Positions 9,301 through 17,845 of a stretch of DNA of 64,000 bases are shown here, in pieces. The notes under the pieces were generated by a model that saw only the letters and a program-made list of their open reading frames with translations, was not told the DNA's origin and did not search any database. Source of the DNA: Bacteroidota bacterium (GTDB taxonomy: Bacteria; Bacteroidota; Bacteroidia; Chitinophagales; LD1). The translations under genes and the position numbers were made by a program. Within the stretch, counting starts at the first letter, position 1. Every line of letters starts with the position of its first letter. The stretch is taken from positions 13,824-77,823 of the forward strand of contig CANJLD010000006.1 of the NCBI GenBank assembly GCA_947475165.1. The letters are read 5' to 3'.

Positions 9301-10568
9301 AAAATAAATTTAGTTGGTGTTGTTCCACTATATCCGTCTCCGCCTTCGGTAAACGGAGTTCCGTCATTCCAAAAACCAGTCATATAGTTACGGTATTGTG
9401 CCGCTGAGCTTGGATCTGATTGTGCGAAAGACGCACCGTTGGTAAAATAGACGAACGAAGATAAACCCAGTTGTTGCGGTATACTATCATCAGATAGAGG
9501 GCCTTCGAAAAAATCTATACCAATTAAAGGCAACTGCGCACCGTAGCCACCTACCCCTTGGCAATCTGGGTCAGGGCTTGAACCATTATAAACAATACCT
9601 AAACTGCGGGTAGTATCACAACCTACACGATCGTTCGAAAAACATCCCAAATCAGGATCGGACCACTGCGAAATATAAGTTTGGCGTAACGGGTTAGTTG
9701 ACTTATTAACTATTTCATATTTATAGAAAGTCATGTTATTAATATCATCAGTAGTTTGAAAAGCAAACGCCAATGAGTTAACCTGAATTCCAATAGACTG
9801 ACCATTTGATTCGGTGTGCTGGTTTCCTACATCGTTCATTACCCAAAATACCATTTGGTCGGCATAGGCTTTTGCTTCGCCATTGCGGCAAGGAATTACC
9901 GGATAGTCACCTTTAAGAGGGTCGTAAAGTCCATCGCCATCATAATCTTTAAACGGAGCAAGGTTATCTTCCACGCTAAAAGTTTCACCAATCAACGAAG
10001 GGTCGGTAGCTAAGTACTGATTTCCTTTTGCCGGCCATGCCAATACTCCCTTAGGTATATCAGACACCGTAGTAGTAGTACCTTTCAGCAAAAAATTAGT
10101 TTGTGCGGTAGTAATATCTGCACCGTACACGTTAAAGAAACGGTCGTACTTGCTGCAGGTTGCTTTATCTACCACCCCGTTGCTAATCGGGCCGGGCCAG
10201 TAATCATCACCGGTTGCGCGGTAGCGTTGTGCTGCGCATTTCAAGTTACCTCCATCATCTAAACCGGTAATCCAGATAGCTCCGGCAAAAATAGCGGTAA
10301 GCGAAGTTCCGGTTCCGTCACCTTTAGGTACTTCATAGCGGGCTTCGCTCAGGTTCCACCATAAGTCGCCACCGGTAAGCATACGGGCGCGTACGTTATT
10401 AATATCTAAGTCGAACTGGGCACTTGGTGTTACACAATCGCCAGCTTCTGTTTTGAAGGTCGCCTTGCCGCCTTTTTTCGGCCCGTTCACATCTTCTTTT
10501 GCGTTAGCCCAAAACCCTGAAAGCAGTAGTACTGCACAGAGTGAATGGTTCAGTAAATTCTTTTTCAT
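6396..10568 (-). CDS. Large secreted protein of unknown function with a CTD-like C-terminal beta-sandwich
   Basis: 1390-aa uninterrupted ORF with signal peptide (MKKNLLNHSLCAVLLLSGFWANA) and a Ca-binding-like DYDGDGLYDP motif. The C-terminal ~110 aa (VVPNPYLAYS...CTVTIYSLDGTLIRKL...WDLKNDKGIAISSGIYLFHVEA) resemble a FlgD-Ig/T9SS-CTD-type domain. I recognise no family for the rest. Confidence 0.75.
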   Translation of the reverse strand: MKKNLLNHSLCAVLLLSGFWANAKEDVNGPKKGGKATFKTEAGDCVTPSAQFDLDINNVRARMLTGGDLWWNLSEARYEVPKGDGTGTSLTAIFAGAIWITGLDDGGNLKCAAQRYRATGDDYWPGPISNGVVDKATCSKYDRFFNVYGADITTAQTNFLLKGTTTTVSDIPKGVLAWPAKGNQYLATDPSLIGETFSVEDNLAPFKDYDGDGLYDPLKGDYPVIPCRNGEAKAYADQMVFWVMNDVGNQHTESNGQSIGIQVNSLAFAFQTTDDINNMTFYKYEIVNKSTNPLRQTYISQWSDPDLGCFSNDRVGCDTTRSLGIVYNGSSPDPDCQGVGGYGAQLPLIGIDFFEGPLSDDSIPQQLGLSSFVYFTNGASFAQSDPSSAAQYRNYMTGFWNDGTPFTEGGDGYSGTTPTKFIFPGEPCDPNQWSEVQTGVTIAAGDRRMVQTSGPFNLNPGVSQYVTVGVVFVRPAGGVGVPPCFGTTIGPADDKAQQLFNTCFKLLDGPDAPTLAIREMKNGLIINLQNLPGSNNYGEAYDQKDGAAVQAVNQLGGGDSTFTFEGYKVYQVANAKVSATDLEDPEKALLVAQVDIKNGISKIINFVKDASLGLYVPVLKVDGNDEGTISSFQVSQDLFATGSDNSLINHKTYYYTAIAYAYNNYKAYDQSNPQPNTQLTPFLQGRGNFKIYSAIPHIPDPRNEGTILNAQWGDGVEVKRIEGQGNGGNSLQLTPETIEQIINSGSVAFTDTLAYEKGNDPIGFKVTDPVSLKEADFELQFVDTTSNPKVNSSTYWFLRDVTNNDTIWSQRSLDRPFEQQISLSANGQKTDYGFSIKLGTPAPKYTIPGVYLSTTGAPTRYVYDALPSSIEYANPLEQWLGFVKDEGTNAVTNWIRSGTIANDPASSAASTKAAAGVFDDNWYYPTGTPSTYPNFTFDDTSEIFENIAGGRWAPYCLAANYSNKNATTPAPPYIYGPGFKWRNYQLGATASTPSQNTLDKLASVDIIFTPDKSKWTRCVVFETGEDESLNEGNFMFPRQVTTILAGRGAFKGQIRMHFSWDKDNNWYMDGSHGETRDTGRSWFPGYAVNVETGERLNIAFGESSDMTEQNGNDMLWNPTANVYSPILLPGQTIERLPLFGGKHFIYVMSTKYDEGRAAQEILVSRYDTITVSTVLNIPKAVQEVHRDLMWTSIPHLATGYSFADDGNGNKIVPPAELKVRLRVEKPYNRFLTNASNGIDSLPRYQFSTKGLGATEKNQELAKSALDIIRVVPNPYLAYSTYETDQNNNRVKVTNLPNKCTVTIYSLDGTLIRKLSRAIDVDPSTNRRIEITDGNPVSDVNLDNSIDWDLKNDKGIAISSGIYLFHVEAPGIGEKTLKWFGAVRPADTSNF

Positions 10569-10625
10569 ACTCTACGATTTTGGTTTTTAGTGTTTGTTTA
10601 GGTTTTTGGTTTTTATAGTGTTTTA

Positions 10626-13600
10626 TTAGAAACTAAATACAGCTCCGAGGAAAATTCTTCTAGGTAAAGAATAATTATCGGGTTTGTTAATGTAAGCAGC
10701 ATACTGGTCTTTATATGCCTGTGGATTTAAAGTAGATTGTATAGCGGTAACACTTGAAGGGTCGCCTAAGTAGCCATCATCGTTTGGTGTACCTGTAAAG
10801 CGGTAAACCGAAACAACATTTTTAGAGCCAATCAGGTTTTGAACCTGTAAGTATATCTGCAATGAAAGTTCGCGCTTGTCATCTTTCTTCGCATCCTTTT
10901 TACCCACCACAAAAGTGAAGTCTTTCCAAACACGTGCATTCATACGGAAATACCAAGGAATACGCGAGCCGTTGATTGAGCCTTCTGTAATTGGACGACC
11001 CGGTTGACCTTCCAACCCTTCCGGTGTGGCGTTTGTCTGTGCCGTATAAGGTGTTCCTGAACGGGCAGAAAGCTGTAAGTTAACTCCGAAGTTTGAAAGA
11101 ATTTGCTTGTTCTTAACGGTTGGTCCGTTGTAATCTTTTCCTTCGCCAAAGCTATAGCTGGCGTTGAAGTTGATGATGTGGCGCGCATCGTAATTCAATG
11201 AATTAATGCTGCGGAAGTTCGGCTGATTCGAGTTTACCAAGTTTGCTTGTGAGCGGTCATCAGAACCTGTTCCTTCGGCAAACTGCATGGTGTAGTTTGC
11301 TTTTAAAGTAATGTTACCGGTTCTGCGCAAATCAAAGTCGAGCGTAAATCCTTTGGTTGTTCCAAAGTCAATATTGCCGTAAGTAATATAGTCTTTCGGA
11401 TAAGCGTTGATGATTTTACGCACCTGCACCTGGTCGCGGAATTCGCGGTAGAAAGCAGAAATAGTAACCGCAGAAGTATTGCTTACTTTTTGTTTGAATC
11501 CTAATTCAAAGTCAATAGTTCTTTCCGGTTTCAAGTTCGGGTTGTTCAAAGTTGCTCCGATATTATCATTGAAGAATAAGTAATCGGTAGGGTCCATGAT
11601 AACTCTGTTAGATGGACGCTGTGCCAAAATATCGTAGTGTGCAAAGAACAACGCTTTGTCAGTTAAGTTGAACGAGAACTGCAAACGCGGCATTACAATA
11701 ATTTTCGGCTTGTAATCTTCAAACGTTGTGTTCGGGTCAAATTTGTCCGGATCTTTAATATCTGCATTCGCATCTTTTAAATACGGCTGAATAGTTCCGG
11801 TGCTTGATGCAGAAGCTACCGCTTTACCGCTGGTTAATTCATTTCCAAATCTATCATACCAAACATTACCGTTGCGGTAACCGGCAATAGCCGTTGGTGC
11901 TTTTGAATTATCTACATATACATAGTAATTATCGCCAATGTTAGCCGGGTGCGTTACCGGATTGCCCGAAAGGTCTGTAGCTTCTGATTTAGTATTGATT
12001 GCATAAAGCGAGAACTCGTCTTTCAATACCTTTTGGTTAGCATCAAACCGGTCAATACGAACACCTACGTTAAACGTAAGGTCTTTAAAGTAGAAACGGT
12101 CAGAGATATAAGCCGCTGTGTAAATAGGGCTGAAAGCCGGAATTGCTCTTTCCAATTGACCATCGGCTCTTTTCTTAGTAAAGAAATCGTTGAAAGATGG
12201 TTGCTTGCTCAATCTGTTTCCATAAGGGTCGTAACCACGGTAAGTAACTAAAGCTGCACCATCACCCAATAAGTTTTCAGGTGAAAACATATTTAAGTTC
12301 AACTGGCTCGGGTCAAGCGCATCTACGTTTATATAGTCAGTATTAGTTTCTGAAAGACCGAGCGACTGGCGCAACGATTTATCGAAGAAAGTTTGCTTAT
12401 CCGCATTATATAAACGGGTAAACGAAATAGTATCTATCGGGAAAAACGTTGGTCTGTTCGGGTCGTTGTAAGCATAGTCTTGTCCATTGATACGAAGAAT
12501 AGGATTGCTTCTGTCCAATTCATCTAAATGCCCATTAGCCAATGAACGGGCACGCTGCCATAAACCAAGCGGAGAAACAGTATAAGAGCGTTGAATTCTT
12601 TGCTCAAACTCAACCCCGAATTCAAAAGAATGTTTGTTGCGGCTTGGTGCACCCGGTTTCAAAATGTCGAAAGCACCTTCTAAACGAACACGATATTGGT
12701 CGTTGTCATTATCTTTTCCGTAACCGTTATACTGGCGACCAGTATTATACCATACGTTATATACAATGTTCGAACGCTGACCGTTAATGAGTGCCTGATT
12801 ACTTTGAATTTGGTCAAGAGTAGAAGTAAATTCGCTGTTATCAGCACCATACACTTCATAGCGTCCGTTGCCATCACGAGTAGCTCCTAATAATTCGTAG
12901 TATTCTTCGGTAAATCTGGTTCCGTATTGGTTTACAGTTCCTGGAGTGAAAAGAACGGCTGTATCGGTGTATCCGAGTTGTTTCCATCCTTGTATTATCT
13001 GATTTCCTACTCCAAAAGTATCGAAACCAAACACCGGTGATTTCATGGTTTCAAACTTTCCTATATAACCATAATCGAAATAGTTAGAACCATGTGTTTC
13101 ATCTTCGTATTTAGTCTGGTATTTTTCATAATCCACCTGCAATGAGTAAAACGCATTCTGAAAAGCTGAAGATTTTCTTTTTTTACCGTCCTTCTCTTCC
13201 TCATCCGATTGCCGAGAGCCAATGTTGTGTGTAAAGCGACCAAATACGCGCCAGTTAAGTTCTGTTTTCAATGGATTGTTCTCTGCATTAAACAAAGTGT
13301 ATTTTTCTACCCAGTCGTTATATTTTCTATAACTGGCCGAGCCACCAAATGCTAGGGTAATATTATCTGCCGGACGAATATCAATGCGTCCTGTTCCACG
13401 GAAATTCTGGTCAGCCGTGTTTGGCTTTACCTTCGTTTTATACATATCAGCATAAGTGATATTTTCTGAGGCGAGGTTGAATCCTTTTGCAGATTCCTTT
13501 TTAACCAACGGGTTTTGACGCAATTCATCCAATACATCTTTACGCACTTGCCATACACCAACAGCCGATGGATTCGGGTCTTTCTGACCCAAATATTCGA

Positions 13601-14423
13601 AGGCTGTAAAGAAACCCATAATGGTTCTATGCGTACTTTTTTGCTTGATAATAGGACCGGTCAGATTTCCGTTCACTAAGTTATAGCCGTATGCATCTAG
13701 GCCCTGCGTAGTTTGATATTCAACACCTCCATTAAACTGAGATGATGGTCCCTTAGAAGTAATGTTTACAATACCGCCTGTTACATCACCATATTTTGCA
13801 GGAATACCTCCGGTAATTACCTGCAATTGCTCAATAGAAGAAGCAGGAAGTGTAGGCACTCCGGTTACTTTCACACCGTCTATATAGTACTGTGTACCGG
13901 CATCGCGTCCTCCTTTAATATTAATGCCCTTTCCTTGATCTGACTGAAACGCTCCGGCAGTAGTTGCGGCAATATCCGTTACGCTCTTCGTTGGCATGTT
14001 TGCAATTTCGGCAGCGGTAACGGTGTTTTGCGAAGAAGTTTTGCCAGGGTCAATCAATGGAACTTTCTCGAAAATAATTTCAACTGTTTGAAGTTGAGTT
14101 TCAGAAGGTTTAAGTTTTATATCGATAAAGGTGGTTTTATCTGAACTCACCACTACATTCTGGTGTATTTGAATGCCATAACCTACATAAGAAACCTGAA
14201 GGTTGTAGGTGCCGGGAGTAAGTGGCTTAATAGCATAGTTACCATCAAAGTCGGTAGTGGTTCCTCTGCCGGAAGACACTCCTTTATTATCTACCAATAC
14301 CACATTGGCTACAGGCACGCCCTCACCATTTTCGTCAATCACTTTTCCGGAGATTTCTCCGTTTTGTGCTTTGACAGCAAAGAAGATGGCAGTAAAAGTC
14401 AGGAGAGTAAATAATTTTTTCAT
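10626..14423 (-). CDS. TonB-dependent outer-membrane receptor with an N-terminal carboxypeptidase-regulatory-like domain
   Basis: 1265 aa with a signal peptide. It has a CarboxypepD_reg-like domain (ISGKVIDENGEGVPVANVVL...TDFDGNYAIKPLTPGTYNLQVSYVGY) and a plug domain (INIKGGRDAGTQYYIDGVKV...IEQLQVITGGIPAKYGDVTGGIVNITSK). The long barrel ends in the terminal aromatic residue F. Confidence 0.9.
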   Translation of the reverse strand: MKKLFTLLTFTAIFFAVKAQNGEISGKVIDENGEGVPVANVVLVDNKGVSSGRGTTTDFDGNYAIKPLTPGTYNLQVSYVGYGIQIHQNVVVSSDKTTFIDIKLKPSETQLQTVEIIFEKVPLIDPGKTSSQNTVTAAEIANMPTKSVTDIAATTAGAFQSDQGKGINIKGGRDAGTQYYIDGVKVTGVPTLPASSIEQLQVITGGIPAKYGDVTGGIVNITSKGPSSQFNGGVEYQTTQGLDAYGYNLVNGNLTGPIIKQKSTHRTIMGFFTAFEYLGQKDPNPSAVGVWQVRKDVLDELRQNPLVKKESAKGFNLASENITYADMYKTKVKPNTADQNFRGTGRIDIRPADNITLAFGGSASYRKYNDWVEKYTLFNAENNPLKTELNWRVFGRFTHNIGSRQSDEEEKDGKKRKSSAFQNAFYSLQVDYEKYQTKYEDETHGSNYFDYGYIGKFETMKSPVFGFDTFGVGNQIIQGWKQLGYTDTAVLFTPGTVNQYGTRFTEEYYELLGATRDGNGRYEVYGADNSEFTSTLDQIQSNQALINGQRSNIVYNVWYNTGRQYNGYGKDNDNDQYRVRLEGAFDILKPGAPSRNKHSFEFGVEFEQRIQRSYTVSPLGLWQRARSLANGHLDELDRSNPILRINGQDYAYNDPNRPTFFPIDTISFTRLYNADKQTFFDKSLRQSLGLSETNTDYINVDALDPSQLNLNMFSPENLLGDGAALVTYRGYDPYGNRLSKQPSFNDFFTKKRADGQLERAIPAFSPIYTAAYISDRFYFKDLTFNVGVRIDRFDANQKVLKDEFSLYAINTKSEATDLSGNPVTHPANIGDNYYVYVDNSKAPTAIAGYRNGNVWYDRFGNELTSGKAVASASSTGTIQPYLKDANADIKDPDKFDPNTTFEDYKPKIIVMPRLQFSFNLTDKALFFAHYDILAQRPSNRVIMDPTDYLFFNDNIGATLNNPNLKPERTIDFELGFKQKVSNTSAVTISAFYREFRDQVQVRKIINAYPKDYITYGNIDFGTTKGFTLDFDLRRTGNITLKANYTMQFAEGTGSDDRSQANLVNSNQPNFRSINSLNYDARHIINFNASYSFGEGKDYNGPTVKNKQILSNFGVNLQLSARSGTPYTAQTNATPEGLEGQPGRPITEGSINGSRIPWYFRMNARVWKDFTFVVGKKDAKKDDKRELSLQIYLQVQNLIGSKNVVSVYRFTGTPNDDGYLGDPSSVTAIQSTLNPQAYKDQYAAYINKPDNYSLPRRIFLGAVFSF

Positions 14424-14466
14424 CGCAATTAATTATTTTATCAGTGTGTGCTCTTTAAAAAGCGGT

Positions 14467-14474
14467 CAAATGTA
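14467..14474 (-). promoter_or_regulatory. Candidate Bacteroidota -7 promoter element (TAnnTTTG) for the TonB-receptor operon
   Basis: Plus-strand CAAATGTA equals TACATTTG on the minus strand, 43 nt upstream of ATG 14423. I did not find a well-spaced -33 TTTG, so confidence is low. Confidence 0.3.
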
Positions 14475-14688
14475 ATTTTTTTTGCAAAACAAAGTTAAGG
14501 CAGAGTTATGGCTTTTCGTATGCCTTAAATAAAAAATGACACTACTGTGACAATTCTCAAAAAACAGCTGATTTTACCAATGAAAAATGCAATATCTGAA
14601 CCATCAAAACGGACAAAAGTTTTGTCATGGTTTTGTCATTTTTTTCAAGAAACTCCTTTTTGACCAAAAGCAGTGTTGCAAAATTGGT

Positions 14689-17040
14689 TTACTCCACTAC
14701 TAATTTGGTGCGAAGAGTTGTACCGGTTTTTTCGATACTTATTAGATATACTCCCTTAGAATAAGGAGCTGTATTTATTGAGGATTGGTGATTAGTGATT
14801 AGTGATTGGTGAATGAGTTTACCGGTAAGGTCAAAAATTTTCAGCTCCGCTCCTATTAAACTGCTGCCGGTTACTACATGCAAGCTACCGGTTGCGTTAG
14901 GATTAGGGGAAACGCTGAACACCTCTGCATCCGTTTCATCAATACCGTTATAAATGAAATTGGTTTGGGCAGAAGAGCCCCTGCAAAAATTATCGTTGGT
15001 TATTACTACCGAATAATTACCGCTTTCAGTAGGAATGTATGTATTGTTATTTGCACTTTGAATTATTTGTCCATCCAAATACCAGATAAAAGTATAACCG
15101 GCACCTACTGGGCTTGCTGTAAACGTATTACCGGTGGCAGTAATTTGAGCGTTAGGCGTATCTACTAATACTACATTCAATGAAATGGTGCTACTGTTTC
15201 CACAGCTATTAGAGGTATTTACTGTAATAGCACCCGAAGAATTTACATTAATAATAGGAGCCGCTAAGTTGCTGCTGTCTACAAACGACCAATCGTTTGG
15301 AACGCTCCAGTTGTAATTATCGTTACCAGCAGGGAATGGATTAAGCGTGTAGTAAGTTCCTATACCGCCACCGTTACAAATAGTGTCCGGTCCGGCAATA
15401 TCTCCGGCAAGCATTGGCGGTATATTTACCGTTACATTAAAATACGAAGGCAAACTTTGCCCGCATTCGTTAACTGCTACTACACCTACATTACCGCCAG
15501 TGCTATTGGTTGTTGCAGCAATATCAGTAGAATCAAAAGGCGCACCGGGAGTCCAGCCTAAAGGAAAATTCCATTCGTATGAATTAGCACCGCTAACCGG
15601 TGCAATAGAGAATTGAAGAATTTGCCCGGCACATGTTGTATCGGTTCCGGTAATTAAACCGGGTGTGCCAAGGTTGGAAGGAATTACTGTAATGGTTTCT
15701 GTAACCGGTGCAGTAACTCCGCAACCGTTTATTGCCATTACCGAAATTGTACCACCGGTAGTGCCTGATGTAACCTGAATTGAGTTGGTATTGTTTCCTG
15801 CGGTAACACTCCATCCGCTTGGCATAGTCCAATCGTAAGCAGTTACCGCAGGGTCATTTGTTACCGAAATATTGATGTTTGGAATATTAGAGCAAACCGT
15901 ATCTGCCGAAGTAATAGCGGATGGTGTTGTCGGTGAGAAATTTTCTGTAACCGTTACCGATACAGCAGGAAGCGAGCAGGTGCCGTTGCCTACTACTACC
16001 GAATAATTTCCTGCAGTGCCTGCATGAATCATACCACCGGTAGAGTTATCGCTCCATAAATATTGAAAGCCTGTGGGGTTAGCCACAAGCATAGTGCTGT
16101 TGCCACTGCAAAAATTCAGAGAGCCTGCTATAGAAGCATTCGAAGGAACAGTATTGGTGCAGTTGCGCTGCTTTACATCAACCGTATTGGCGGTATACCG
16201 ATTTTCAAAAAGAGTCCAAGCATTGCAATCGCCTTTTAAATAATAATCGAGAAACGGAATGAGGTGGTAGAGTGTTTTATCTATTTGCTGTTGGCGCGTG
16301 AGCGGTGAACTTGCGCAGCCCGAAAAACCTTCGCCAAAGCTACAAGCGGTATTTGCGTTGCCATACTGACAATGCAAACCATTGGTAATATTGATTAGAA
16401 ATTTGCAAGACGAACCCGATGAATCATACATAGGTTGCTGGTGTGTAGCAATAGGCGCTATGCAATCGCTGCTTCCGGCAAAGGAGAGATAAGGCTTAGT
16501 CATTAAATGTGCGGCAGTAATGGAAGATGGATTGGTAGTAGCCGCTGCAAAAGTAAAACTACATGCCTGCGGGTTGCCGTATTGTGCCGAAAGAACCGTG
16601 CTTCCTCCGCCCATGGAGTGACCGCCAATAGCACCTTTGGCTACTACTTTATTATAGAAAGGCGAAGCATTGTTACTACTTCCTTCGCTAATCAGTTTGT
16701 TGTAAACAAACAGCAGGTCTTGCGCAAAGTTGGCGTGGCTTGGCGAAAGACCGGTTTCGGTGGTGAGCAAGCCAACTATATATCCGCGCTTGGCGAGTGA
16801 ATCGGCATAAGGATAGTAAGGAGTTTGATCCATACTAAAGCCATGCGCAAAAACTACAAACGGAAACTGACCGGAGGCTAAAGCTCCATTGGTGCCAGGG
16901 TAACGAAAATCTACACCAACGGCACGGTTACTGCGCGCAGGGTCGGTATAAGTAATGGTTTGTGTGCCTATGGTATAGGTTTGGGCAGCAGCGTAAAGTG
17001 CGAAAAAAGAAACGATGCAGAAGAGGAATTGCTTTTTCAT
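14689..17040 (-). CDS. Secreted alpha/beta-hydrolase of the cutinase/polyesterase (PETase-like, dienelactone-hydrolase-type) family, with Ig/PKD-like repeats and a type A T9SS C-terminal sorting domain
   Basis: 783 aa with a signal peptide. The nucleophile elbow is GGHSMGGGS, and the putative acid and base sites are SSDCIAP and NGLHCQ. The N-terminal ~270 aa are collinear with IsPETase/LCC-type enzymes as I remember them. Several cysteine-containing Ig/PKD-like modules follow (GGTISVMAINGCG). The C-terminus FSVSPNPNATGSLHV...LKIFDLTGKLIHQ...GVYLISIEKTGTTLRTKLVVE is a type A CTD. Confidence 0.85.
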   Translation of the reverse strand: MKKQFLFCIVSFFALYAAAQTYTIGTQTITYTDPARSNRAVGVDFRYPGTNGALASGQFPFVVFAHGFSMDQTPYYPYADSLAKRGYIVGLLTTETGLSPSHANFAQDLLFVYNKLISEGSSNNASPFYNKVVAKGAIGGHSMGGGSTVLSAQYGNPQACSFTFAAATTNPSSITAAHLMTKPYLSFAGSSDCIAPIATHQQPMYDSSGSSCKFLINITNGLHCQYGNANTACSFGEGFSGCASSPLTRQQQIDKTLYHLIPFLDYYLKGDCNAWTLFENRYTANTVDVKQRNCTNTVPSNASIAGSLNFCSGNSTMLVANPTGFQYLWSDNSTGGMIHAGTAGNYSVVVGNGTCSLPAVSVTVTENFSPTTPSAITSADTVCSNIPNINISVTNDPAVTAYDWTMPSGWSVTAGNNTNSIQVTSGTTGGTISVMAINGCGVTAPVTETITVIPSNLGTPGLITGTDTTCAGQILQFSIAPVSGANSYEWNFPLGWTPGAPFDSTDIAATTNSTGGNVGVVAVNECGQSLPSYFNVTVNIPPMLAGDIAGPDTICNGGGIGTYYTLNPFPAGNDNYNWSVPNDWSFVDSSNLAAPIINVNSSGAITVNTSNSCGNSSTISLNVVLVDTPNAQITATGNTFTASPVGAGYTFIWYLDGQIIQSANNNTYIPTESGNYSVVITNDNFCRGSSAQTNFIYNGIDETDAEVFSVSPNPNATGSLHVVTGSSLIGAELKIFDLTGKLIHQSLITNHQSSINTAPYSKGVYLISIEKTGTTLRTKLVVE

Positions 17041-17106
17041 GCAGATAGATTGTTGTTCAAATATATTTATTCAAACAACGGCTTGGTTTATTTGTTCGGC
17101 AGCCTT

Positions 17107-17766
17107 TTAACTAAAGAACGAAGCATCAGATTGCAGGAAAGGGTTGTTCCGTCTTTCAATACCAATAAACGTTTCGGGGCCGTGACCGGAATATACTTTT
17201 ACATCGTCCGGCAAGGTCATTAGCTTAGTGGTAATGGTTTCATACAAAACTTTGCCGCTTGCTCCGGGCAGGTCGTAACGGCCTACACTGCCCTGAAACA
17301 AAACATCGCCACTGATAATTATTTTTTCTGCTTCGTTATAAAACGAAAGGCTACCCGGTGAATGACCCGGTGTAAAAAGAACGGCCAGCGCAGTGCTTCC
17401 AAATTTCACTTCATCGCCATCTTTTAAATAGTTGGCAGGCTCGGGCGAAGCATCTAATTTAAAACCAAACAAAGCTTGATAATCGAGCGCGGCATACATT
17501 ACCTGCAATTCTATTTCGTGAAACTCGGGCAGGAGGTTATAAGTCTCGCACACAAATTTGTTCCCCGGAAAGTGGTCTATATGACAGTGCGTGTTCAGCA
17601 GCTTCACCGGTTTAAGCCCATGCGCCTTTATAGTTTGTGTTAATTGATTGCGCTCTTTATCGTTGCTGCAACCGGGGTCTATAATGATACACTCTTTTGT
17701 TTCGTCTTCTATTATATATGTGTTTTCCTGAAACGGATTAAAAGTATGTTTATGAACCTTAAGCAT
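17107..17766 (-). CDS. MBL-fold metallo-hydrolase (glyoxalase II-like)
   Basis: 219 aa with the metal-binding motif THCHIDH plus a downstream GHSPGS and a C-terminal HG, typical of hydroxyacylglutathione-hydrolase-like MBL proteins. Confidence 0.9.
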   Translation of the reverse strand: MLKVHKHTFNPFQENTYIIEDETKECIIIDPGCSNDKERNQLTQTIKAHGLKPVKLLNTHCHIDHFPGNKFVCETYNLLPEFHEIELQVMYAALDYQALFGFKLDASPEPANYLKDGDEVKFGSTALAVLFTPGHSPGSLSFYNEAEKIIISGDVLFQGSVGRYDLPGASGKVLYETITTKLMTLPDDVKVYSGHGPETFIGIERRNNPFLQSDASFFS

Positions 17767-17845
17767 GATTTATTTTTTAAGTTTGATTTCAGAGCAGTAA
17801 TTGCTGCAAAACAAATATTCTAAGTTGGCGTTTGAAGTTTTATAA

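Noticed and set aside
6396-10568. Calling the 1390-aa protein PorU (the T9SS sortase) because it lies directly upstream of a PorV-like gene.
   Set aside because: I could not recognise a C25/gingipain-type catalytic His/Cys signature or other PorU-specific motifs by eye. Position alone is insufficient, so it is left as unknown and flagged for an HMM check.
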